A stretch of DNA of 63,481 nucleotides, filler included, from Octopus bimaculoides (Eukaryota), in assembly GCF_001194135.2 (NCBI RefSeq). It is 8 parts of 7 records of this genome, joined end to end, with 100 filler letters (N's around TTAATTAATTAA, not from the genome) between each part and the next. Parts side by side here need not be neighbours in the genome. Positions count along the whole stretch, not along the records: positions 1 to 26,952 come from NC_068995.1; 7 more parts are not named here. The stretch is one strand, 5' to 3'. A program made the position numbers and the translations under genes. Positions within the stretch are counted from its first letter, which is position 1, and every line of letters starts with the position of its first letter. Below are positions 13,142 to 23,013 of the stretch, piece after piece. The notes beneath the pieces were generated by a model. It was not told the DNA's origin. It searched no databases and saw nothing but the letters and a program-made list of their open reading frames with translations.

Positions 13142-13857
13142 NNNNNNNNNNNNNNNNNNNNNNNNNNNNNNNNNNNNNNNNNNNNNNNNNNNNNNNNNNN
13201 NNNNNNNNNNNNNNNNNNNNNNNNNNNNNNNNNNNNNNNNNNNNNNNNNNNNNNNNNNNNNNNNNNNNNNNNNNNNNNNNNNNNNNNNNNNNNNNNNNNN
13301 NNNNNNNNNNNNNNNNNNNNNNNNNNNNNNNNNNNNNNNNNNNNNNNNNNNNNNNNNNNNNNNNNNNNNNNNNNNNNNNNNNNNNNNNNNNNNNNNNNNN
13401 NNNNNNNNNNNNNNNNNNNNNNNNNNNNNNNNNNNNNNNNNNNNNNNNNNNNNNNNNNNNNNNNNNNNNNNNNNNNNNNNNNNNNNNNNNNNNNNNNNNN
13501 NNNNNNNNNNNNNNNNNNNNNNNNNNNNNNNNNNNNNNNNNNNNNNNNNNNNNNNNNNNNNNNNNNNNNNNNNNNNNNNNNNNNNNNNNNNNNNNNNNNN
13601 NNNNNNNNNNNNNNNNNNNNNNNNNNNNNNNNNNNNNNNNNNNNNNNNNNNNNNNNNNNNNNNNNNNNNNNNNNNNNNNNNNNNNNNNNNNNNNNNNNNN
13701 NNNNNNNNNNNNNNNNNNNNNNNNNNNNNNNNNNNNNNNNNNNNNNNNNNNNNNNNNNNNNNNNNNNNNNNNNNNNNNNNNNNNTGAATAATTTCACTGG
13801 AAAAAGATACATAAGTTTTGCCAAGAGTTAGCCTTCTCATCGCAGATCGGTGGCTAT

Positions 13858-13902
13858 CGGACGCTGACGAAGGGAAATAACCCTGAAACTCGAGTCCGTT
13901 CG
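13858..13902 (+). ncRNA. Type I hammerhead ribozyme, canonical core
   Basis: CGGACG-CUGACGA-AGGG(AAAUAA)CCCU-GAAA-C(UCGA)G-UC^CGUUCG. All conserved core bases are present; helix I 6 bp, helix II 4 bp, minimal helix III with a palindromic UCGA loop; predicted cleavage after 13896. Confidence 0.9.
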
Positions 13903-14229
13903 TGCTACAGATCACGATGAGAGGGATAACTTCCCTTGGCAAAACAAACAGGACACAGAAGTGTGTCGATAAGCCAGCTGTAGGAGATGTCCTCCTGGGG
14001 CTAAAAGCAACAGTAACATCCACCCCTAGGCGTCAGCCACATTTAAGTGGCAATATACTTCAATTTTATCATCATTATTATTATTATTATTGTTGTTGTT
14101 GTTGTTATTGTTGTTGTCGTCGTCGTCATTTAGGACGTCGCACAGTATCCAATATCATGAGGTTGTTGATAGAAGATATTGTGTCTACCAGGGATTTGTA
14201 CTGTCTGTCAAGTCATAACAAAGATCTGT

Positions 14230-14430
14230 TCTGTGGTATTTTTAGTGAAAATCTTTTAATCAACCATGTACAAGAGATGGTTTATTTTTTGTCCATAGCA
14301 TCTATAACCTATGATTTCATTTAACAAGCTTGTTAGCGAGGTTAGTGCAAAGCAGAAAAGCAAAGGTGACAGCGAGTCTCCTTGGAATATCTCTCTTCTT
14401 GTGAGTATAAGATAGATTTTAACGACTTGT
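14230..14430 (-). mobile_element. R4/Dong-like (RLE-clade) RT fragment
   Basis: IFQGDSLSPLLFCFAL...KINHLLYMVD. Confidence 0.75.
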
Positions 14431-15094
14431 GGTTCATTTTTTTAGTATAATACGGGTTTTCTTGTTTGCTATTGCGTGGTTTATATATTTTAGTAATGTT
14501 GGAGCTACTTTAGCTGTGTGGATAGAATCTCTTTCGGTTTTAGGCACTTTTCCTCTCGTTATTATTGTTATTATTATTATTATTATTAATATCATCCTCA
14601 TTCCCATCATTGTTATCACTACTAAAAATAATTCGACTCGTGCTGTTTTACTTGCCCTTTTTCATACGTGAAATCCAGTTGTGGTCGACACTACTTTTCT
14701 TTTTATTGTCGATAGAATAACTAAAAGTTGATTTAATCGGCTGCGTCAGTTACCAAAATGGATGATCCTGTACTGAGGATGTATTGCAATCTACATTTCC
14801 TATCTTGCTTCTTTAAGTTTAATCATAAATGAATGAGAGACACAAATTAACTTTCTCCAACCTAAAAATATTGAGATAGCATGCTTATACATAGAACAAT
14901 TATTACCATTTGGTTAATGAGATTCACACTTACTGTAGAGAGTAAGACCTCATACTTTTTTTGATCAAAGATTGCAAAATCTTCCTGTAAATAAAGTTAC
15001 TAAAGAGGTGTGAGGAATCGGAGTTTGTTCCATTGATTATAAATGTCCTTTCTCAAAAATATTTGCAGTATTGACAAATTTATCTTTATTTCAG

Positions 15095-15463
15095 TTCGAC
15101 TTCATGACGGTGTGATGTTACCTGACTATGCAAGCGGCTGGGTAGAAGTTTACGACAAGTTCTATTGGCATGCAGCATGCGCAGATTTTAAAGGCAGTTT
15201 TAATTCAAAGGCCGTACAAGTAGCTTGCAGTGAGCTTGGCTACAAATATGGCTTGCAACTCCCTATTGATTCAAATAGATCGTTTTACATGTCCAACTTT
15301 TTAGAAAAAGTACATTGTGAAGGAAACGAAACATCTGTTGACAACTGCAATTTGACGTTTGGTAGTGTTACGAATTGCGACGTGAATCTTGCCGGATGTG
15401 TCCGGTATTATGAATGTCGAGATGATGTCTTCATTGGTTGTTCTAATACCAAAAAGGTAATGG
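15095..15463 (+). CDS. SRCR gene exon: divergent SRCR domain (8 Cys)
   Basis: Acceptor tttatttcag|; VRLHDG...SGWVEV...AVQVACSELGY...VHCEGNETSVDNC...IGC. Phase-1 donor G|gtacgt at 15464 fits the next exon; an alternative phase-0 donor at 15457 does not. Confidence 0.9.
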
Positions 15464-16143
15464 GTACGTATATTATCGACACACATCTATAATCAGCGAC
15501 TGAATCAATCACCTTTGCTTCTATATATGTTTTTTCGTTTTTAATTCTTTGAGTTCGTCTAAAAAAGAGCTGATACAAATAAGAAACCTTGAAATTTAGA
15601 TAAAAACAAAAGTAAAGAGTTTTGGTGGTACTTCTCCTTCGTCAACTTCCCATTGAAAATCGTCTAATAGCGTATTATTTTCGATAAAATTCGGAACTCA
15701 ATATTGAATTTTTTTCGCGTTGTATTTTGAATGTTTTCACCTTCTTACTAGAGATAAGAAATTATTCCTTTTGAAAGCAGTTTATTCCGTGAAAAATCTG
15801 TTTGGAATAGCATACTCTGTCACTGCACTAAATATTCAAGGGAGTTTCAAATATTACAATTTTCTCCTCCNNNNNNNNNNNNNNNNNNNNNNNNNNNNNN
15901 NNNNNNNNNNNNNNNNNNNNNNNNNNNNNNNNNNNNNNNNNNNNNNNNNNNNNNNNNNNNNNNNNNNNNNNNNNNNNNNNNNNNNNNNNNNNNNNNNNNN
16001 NNNNNNNNNNNNNNNNNNNNNNNNNNNNNNNNNNNNNNNNNNNNNNNNGACGCTTCCTGCATGAAATACAAAATACAATTAAATTAAACTAATTGCAGTT
16101 AGCATTATTAAATTTGTTTTTATTTCACTTCTATGTCATCTAG

Positions 16144-16455
16144 ATCACAAGATATTTCTTGCAAACGAAACCTTCGGAGAATTAATTTTGCAACAATATG
16201 GCCTCAACGCTAGCGTTTGCTCAGCCAACTGGACATCATATGAGCCTAAAGTTATTTGTCGAGAACTGGGATTTAGCAATGGCGTGCTTCTCGGTCCACA
16301 AGATACGTTCAACCGAACTTTCCTGAATATAACTAGGAAAGAAAGATTTAGATGCAACGGGGAAGAACTGAAACTTAAAGATTGTGAAACATACACAGAA
16401 GATGTTTGTAGAATGCCTTACGCTCACACATTAATCCTCTGTTATAAAAAAAATG
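16144..16455 (+). CDS. SRCR gene exon: group A-type SRCR domain (6 Cys)
   Basis: Acceptor catctag|; DHKIFLANETFGELIL...SVCSANW...KVICRELGF...FRCNGEELKLKDC...VC...ILCYKKN. Ends at G|gcaagt; phase 1-1. Confidence 0.88.
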
Positions 16456-16624
16456 GCAAGTATACCAATAAATGCTTACATATGTATTTCTATTTACATG
16501 TACGTGTAATGTTTATAATGTTGCTGTCGGACAATTATATGCCGTAAATCAACCATTAATATATGATAAGAACTTAATCATTTTCCAGGCTGGTTTAATA
16601 TAATTACTTCTAATTTTGGCACAA

Positions 16625-16793
16625 GGCCTGCAATTTTAGGGGGAAGGGGCAAGTCGATTTTATTGACTCCAGTACTTGACTGGCACTTTATGTTATGGTC
16701 CTCGGAAAAGAACAGAGACAAATTTGACTTCGGCGGGATTCTAGGAGGAATTCTACTATTCCGACGCGCAAATGATTTTACCCGCTCGCCACC
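16625..16793 (-). mobile_element. SINE family B (diverged)
   Basis: Partial match. Confidence 0.6.
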
Positions 16794-17112
16794 TTAGATT
16801 GGTTTTACGTAATACCAGTAATTCATCCTCAGTATTCTTTTATTCTTTTACTTGTTTCAGTCATTTGATTGCGGCCATGCTGGAACACCGCCTTAAAGGG
16901 TTTTAGTCGAATAAATCGACCCTAGGACTTATTTTTTGTAAGCCTAGTACTTATTCTCTCGGTTCTTTTGCCGAACTGCTAAGTTACAGGAACGTAAATA
17001 CACCAACATCGGTTGTCAAGCGATGGTCGGGAGACAAACACAGACACAAAGGCACACACATAGATATACACACACACACACACACACACACACNNNNNNN
17101 NNNATATATATA

Positions 17113-17304
17113 TACTTGGAATTTACAAAAAACAAAAGACGAAAACAGGTGTATAAACAACAAACCGCTGTATTAGTTTAACACTCGGGAAGGTGAGAAA
17201 GTCTTTTACGTTTCGAGCCTACGCTCTTCAACAGAAAGGAGCACGAGAAAATAAACTGAGAGAGAATTAAAAAAAGCTTTAGTGGCTAGCGGTCGATCAT
17301 GGCG
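17113..17304 (-). mobile_element. ~200-bp non-coding repeat carrying an HHR-like motif (copy A)
   Basis: Homologous to 61763-61978; inserted in the microsatellite of a SINE. Confidence 0.7.
17203..17238 (-). ncRNA. Minimal hammerhead-like motif, A6-to-U variant
   Basis: CUUU-CUGUUGA-A-GAGC(GUAG)GCUC-GAAA-C-GUA^AAAG. Confidence 0.6.
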
Positions 17305-18339
17305 ATAAGCTTCTTACAGTTTCTGTCTACCATGTTCACTCACAAGGCTTTGGTCGGCCCGAGGTTATACTAGAAGACACTTGCCCAAAGTGTCACGCAG
17401 TTGGACTGAACCCGGAACCATGTGGTTGGGAAGCAAACTTCTTACCACACAGCCACGCCTCCGTTTATCTATTGTTAACAATATCCAATTAAGCTAATTG
17501 TGTTACACGTTTGGCTCTTGTTAATACATCGCATTGACACTTAAGAAGAATGGGAAATAATGCATCAAACAAAACAAAGTGTCTCGGACATGGTGTGAGC
17601 TCAGATATTATCAGCCACGATATCGTATCTGATTTATAACTCGTCAAATTGGACATTTTTCAACTATATTAACGAAACATTTTTCAAACATATCTTAGAA
17701 CATCAGTTCTAAATATTGCTAAATATTTAGCTGTGATGGTATTGTCTGTGTATGGCGTGTGCTTCTGGATTTAAATTATCGCTCAAAATATTTTAGATGT
17801 ACGAAAATGCTATAAGAGTTAAATATAAGTCAAATATTTATGTTTGTAAACATTTCTTTTTCTCAACATTTCTGATAGCCTTGATTGATCTTTCTTGTGG
17901 CTAATAACTGCACCTTCTCCCTTTGTCATAAGCTACAAGCAAAACTTTGATTCCTCTTTCTGGACATTTCATTTCAATTTTGGTAATAATTCTCATGATA
18001 AACAGAATACAATCCCACTAATATTTTTCTAAAAATTACTATTTTTACCTATAATTTTACATGTTATGTTGCACCATTGACTTGCCTTTGAGTCTTTATA
18101 TGAAGAGTAAGTTTCCAGAAATACCCACATGATGACCCACTATGTTATACGTCATTACCACCAGACCTACATTATGTATTTTTCTTTAAATATATATATA
18201 AAGATCGGATTATCTTGGTAAGTATCAAAATGATTCCTTACCAAAAAGGTGATTTTTTGAAAGGTTGACATGAAAACGCTAAAAGATCATGTGCTACACA
18301 AAGACATTCTTTGTACACCAGATAGTAGTCTTACAAGAA

Positions 18340-18520
18340 TTGCACTGACAGACACGTTCTAGTCTGGCCCACAGTCGCGCTATTTCCTCTCCCTGTTTTC
18401 TCTATTGCAGCTATAATGACCTCTTTTCTTCAGAGCTGGCTAGTCTCGAATGCCCTCAAGCACCTGCCGTTTACTGGCTCGCCTCTCTCAATAACCTTGT
18501 TGAGTAAATAACAGACCATA
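18340..18520 (+). mobile_element. CR1/L2-like LINE 3' fragment
   Basis: Decayed SLFS...YNDLFSSELASL-like segment typical of L2/CR1 ORF2 ends. Confidence 0.45.
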
Positions 18521-18584
18521 ATCTGCTACATAAAAGGCTATTAGACTTGAAGGAGTGATTTTTGCTTTTTGTCTTCTAACGAAA

Positions 18585-18662
18585 AATGTATTTGTTCTTT
18601 TATAAGACATTTGTTTTCTATTTAATGTATCTGTTCTTTTATAAGACATTTGTTTTCTATTT
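18585..18662 (+). repeat. 39-bp tandem duplication
   Basis: Two units with one mismatch, immediately upstream of the exon acceptor. Confidence 0.9.
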
Positions 18663-18668
18663 CACTAG

Positions 18669-19001
18669 ACTTGAATATAAGACTTCATGGAGGAGGGAGA
18701 AATTATGGTCGCATAGAAATATTATATAATGGTAAATGGGGAACGATATGCAACACAACTTGGACGCATATTAACTCAATGGTCATCTGTAAGCAATTAG
18801 GATTTGTAGATGGTACACCTTTTGTGTCTGGCCCACTAAGTCCACTCCCTGCAACGAAAGAAACTCCAGTTTATATGGAAAAGATTTGGTGCAGACAGGA
18901 AGACACTCATATCTGGTCTTGTCCAAACAATGGATGGGAAAGAGTCGACTCTAAATGTTTAGATCATTCTCGAGATGCTGCCGTTTATTGCTTTTTTGCA
19001 G
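18669..19001 (+). CDS. SRCR gene exon: canonical group A SRCR domain (6 Cys)
   Basis: Acceptor tttcactag| and donor G|gtaagt; IRLHGGGRNYGRIEILYNGKWGTICNTTW...VICKQLGF...IWC...WSC...GW...C.DHSRDAAVYC; phase 1-1. Confidence 0.95.
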
Positions 19002-19232
19002 GTAAGTACTGAAGTAAATGCTAAATTATTACATATGTAGGAGGATATCAAGTTCATATTTAGGTCTTTAAATGTTTTTCCGTAATCGAATATTCAAATT
19101 AACTTGATCAATTATACTTTAGGCTAGATATTATCAATGCACATAGGACTTGACAAAAAGCTAATCTCATATGTTTTTAGGTTTTTTTTAAACATATGAG
19201 GGCATGGATACATACAACATATGAAGAGAATT

Positions 19233-19311
<79 letters not shown>

Positions 19312-20035
19312 ATGAAATTTCATGGACGGCTATAACAATGCCAACAACAATTAACAACGTCAGCAGCAGCGGTGCCAACGATGGTAATAACAACTACCAT
19401 GATGGCAACACCGTGGGCGAACACACATACGCAGAGGAATACAGGGACTGTATCATATTTTTTCGGGTCTTAGAACAGAAGCAGCACAATGGGCTGACAG
19501 GAAGGGCTGCTAAAAATTATGACACACACGTACACACAGACGCACACACATACACACACACGCACACACAAACAAACAAAGAAATAAGGACAGAAACGCA
19601 TGCGCACATAAGGATATACATGTTAGAAGAACAAAATGGAGTAAGTAGAGCAAGAACACACACGAAAACGAAACGTGTGGCTGAAGAAGTAACAGATGTG
19701 TGACGAAAGATTTCCGGACAATGGACATGAGTTAAAATAATAAAATAAGAACAGGAACAAACGAGTGAAGAAAAATATATAGTGCGTGTGTTTATTTGTC
19801 AAAAAAAATTACCTCCCGATATGCAATATCCGTTTCAACGCACGATTTCACATCAGGAATCTTGCAAAACGAATTGATATATATAGAGCGCAAATAAAGG
19901 TTACAAACCTCATTCAGGGATAGCAAAAGCCTATGAAAGTACTGGCTAGTACCTATACAAAGAATGTTGAACATTAAAGTTAATACTCAGCTACAAGGCA
20001 ATTATATAAACTGTGGTTTATATATATTTATTTAT

Positions 20036-20306
20036 TATAATAAGATGAGAAAATTGAGAGGTAATTAATAAATTATTATTTAATAATTAAAAACATGACA
20101 AATATCCTTTACAGCTGTTTCACTGCCAGGAATTGAATACCTATTTTGTATATCTTAAAGTACCTCTGAAGAAATTCGACTTTCAAATAATTTTTAATTT
20201 TATTAATTAATTTTCTGGAATTGAAACAGCTGTGAGGGATGTTTATCAATTTTTTAATTAATAATAATTTATTAATTACCTCTCTATTTTCTCATCTTAT
20301 TATAAT
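20036..20306. repeat. Inverted repeat, ~88-bp arms
   Basis: 20036-20123 is the reverse complement of about 20222-20306. Confidence 0.9.
20163..20237 (+). ncRNA. Hammerhead-like motif with a GUG triplet, probably inactive
   Basis: CCU-CUGAAGA-AAUUC(40 nt)GAAUU-GAAA-C(AGCU)G-UG-AGG. Confidence 0.55.
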
Positions 20307-20658
20307 ATATAAAACAAAGTTATTTTATTCCACACGAGTAGGAATATGCACTGTTGAAATACACTGAGAATAGTTAAAATATTTTTTATTAATATATTCA
20401 AAGCTTTAACCGGTTTCACAATTTACACTGATTTTCAAAACGTTCAAGTAGAAAGGCATGGCTTATGTCGCAGGTCTCTTGCTTCTCAAGAGTGTTTGAA
20501 GCTTGTCCTATTTTTATAGGGAGTTCATGGCTCAAATTAGTATATGTTTTGAATAGGATTTGATTGGTACCGGATAGTTACATAACTGGTCCTAGAAAGT
20601 TTTGTAGTTTTGTATCTCTTCAACGGTGGAAGAGAAGTGCTCTTTGGTTCTTCAATTA

Positions 20659-22241
20659 CACTGGTCAACAAAATGAAACTTTTTTTAATCATAAGAGTTG
20701 CTGATTGACTTTTTTTGGTTAATTTTTGATGTTGTTTACGAATCTGCAGTCCGATTTCCTCTATCAGGTCATATTTTCATGTTAATGATACCTGCTGTTT
20801 TAACTCATAGGATACGTAAAGCATGTCTATATCAAGTATAATGAATACAAGGTACGATAATTTCATGGCTTTTTATTGTACAAAATTAAAATTATTGTGT
20901 ACAAATAAGTTAGAATACACTCGAATGCATAACAACTTAAAATCTTTGGGATTTGGACTTTCTACGGTGTTTTGTCTCAGGTTCATTCCTGTATAACATA
21001 CAACAGTAGTCAGCTAACATTCTTGCATCCCAAAATCCTTGATATCGTTGTTCCATCGATGCAATATCTTGATGAAAGCGTTCCCCTTGCTCATCAGACA
21101 CTGCTCCAAGGTTCTCTGCAAAAAAGTCCAGACGTGAATCAAGGAAATGGACTTTTAGTGACATCCGACAGCCCATTGCAGCGTAGGAGTCTAGAAGACA
21201 TTTCGCTCCATTCCTAAACTCTAGAGATCTCTTGTTGCCTAGGAAATTTTCACAAAACCATTTGAAGGATTCCCAGACTTTAAGCTCAATCTTATCCAGT
21301 GCTGTGAGGAAGTGGTTGTCCTTTAAGAGTTCTTTTATCTGCGGAGCTATGTATACGTCCTCCTTCAGTTTTGCCTCAGTGATCTTTGGAAATTTGGCCT
21401 TCACATATTCAAAACCTTTTGAGCTTTTCCGGGCAAGTGTCTTCATGAATTGTTTCATGAGGTCAAGCTTTATGTGAAAAGGGGGAAGGAGAACATTTTC
21501 TGGGTTTAAAAGTGGCTTATTCTGGATGCTATAAACTCTTGGCTCATGATTTTTGCAAAGGCCACTCTGATTGCACATAGTGTTTGTTAGTTGCACGACT
21601 GTCCCATAGGCATAACAAGCAACAATATTTCATGAACCCAGATTGCATTCCCATCAACATTCCAATCACCTTCCAGTCTCCACATATTTTCCAGCTGTAG
21701 TTTGTATACTTTATGGCATTGATGAGTACTTGCATGTTTTCATAATACTCCTTCATGTGCACTGAATGTCCTATGGGAATGGATGGTTTCTTATTGCCAT
21801 TGTGTAGTAGTACTGCTTTGAGGCTTCCCTTAGATGAATCAATGAATAAGCGCCATTCAGCTGGAACATGCTCTCGGAACAAACACAGACATGACAAAAT
21901 ATATCAGGTTTGTTCTTGCAATGCCTTGACATCCTGAGTAGAATTTGATGATGATGATGACTTGGCACCTTAAACAGAAAGTAAAATTTAGGAAAAGAAA
22001 AGATTATGAAAACATAAAATTAGAAAAGGAATACAAATAGTTATAAAACAGAAGTCAGACTTTACCTGTATAAGACGTTTACGTGTAGCGATACTGCTGA
22101 TGGGAGTTATATACCTCTCTTATCTCATCAGAAAAACTGTGCCTGATAGAAGGAAACCGATTACATTTTTGAAATCTGCGGACAAAACTACATATAAAAC
22201 ACCATATAATATCTCTGAGGAAAATTGGCTGTTGACCAGTG
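20659..22241 (-). mobile_element. Chapaev3-like (CMC) DNA transposon with both ends, internally deleted
   Basis: 12-bp TIRs CACTGGTCAACA and TTA on both flanks (3-bp TSD). Transposase pieces CKNKPDIFCHVC, EWRLFIDSSK, ICGD.KV, FHIKLDLMKQF and SDEQGERFHQDI. Confidence 0.85.
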
Positions 22242-22269
22242 TTATGAATCTCATTTCAAAACCGAATAC

Positions 22270-22935
22270 TCTACCGAAACCTGCATCAACCCTATTGAAG
22301 ACACAACATACAAATTCAAATCAGAACAGATTTTTACTGTAAAAATTCACTTTACATGTATACCCTATCAAATGTCAAAGATGTAATGAAGATTACACAG
22401 GTCAAACAAAGTTTGCTCTAAGAAATAGACTGGCCATTCACCGACAACAAGTACGAGACCCCAGTACTAGACAGATTTCACTGACTGAACACATAGACAT
22501 ATGTGCTAAAAATAAGTCTCCCAAATTCCAGGTCTTCCCATTTTACCTATGCTCAGCGAATAGCACAGAAGGAGCACGGATAAACAAAGAAAATATTTTC
22601 ATACAAAATACAAACCAAGCCTTAACAAACGTTAACAGAGTACATACGCAAATGACTACTCACACACAAAACTTATTCTGCCACTTATCATGAGGAACCT
22701 ACACAGCTAACAACCTACACTTTATCCACAGCACTACATACAAACCTGCCCCCTCTCCCACCAGACAGATTAAATTTGGAGTGCCTTGATTATAACTAAA
22801 CATGTTCAAGGCAACTGCGACTTAAGCCATGTTTTTTCTGTTTTAACCTTTTGAAAAGCAGTGTAAACTGTAAAACCACTGAAAGCTTTAAACATATTTT
22901 TAAAACTATTGTAACTATTCTCAGTGCATTTTCAA
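22270..22935 (+). mobile_element. Penelope GIY-YIG endonuclease end plus 3' pLTR-like region
   Basis: YPIKCQRCNEDYTGQTKFALRNRLAIHRQQ...TEHI...KE...YKPSLN (frameshifted); 22812-22935 has an inverted homolog at 20350-20480. Confidence 0.8.
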
Positions 22936-22977
22936 CTTTTATTTTTCCTATATATATAGATACACACACACACACAC

Positions 22978-23013
<36 letters not shown>

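Larger units (their letters stand above)
16833..17462 (-). mobile_element. SINE family A, interrupted
   Basis: Head and tail both present; an HHR-bearing repeat sits in the central microsatellite. Confidence 0.9.

Noticed and set aside
16795-16836. CUGAGGA...AAAAC motif on the - strand, with a relative near 14770
   Set aside because: GAAA is mutated and helix II is poor; it cannot be distinguished from chance.
19676-19722. CUGAAGA...GAAA hammerhead-like string
   Set aside because: Helix II has a mismatch, helix III is broken and helix I does not pair.
19809-19856. Apparent minus-strand exon IPDVKSCVETDIAYRE, with a PDVKSCVE match in the ORF at 53689
   Set aside because: The nucleotide match extends beyond the putative splice sites and a third copy lies at about 55760, so it is an interspersed repeat rather than paralogous exons.
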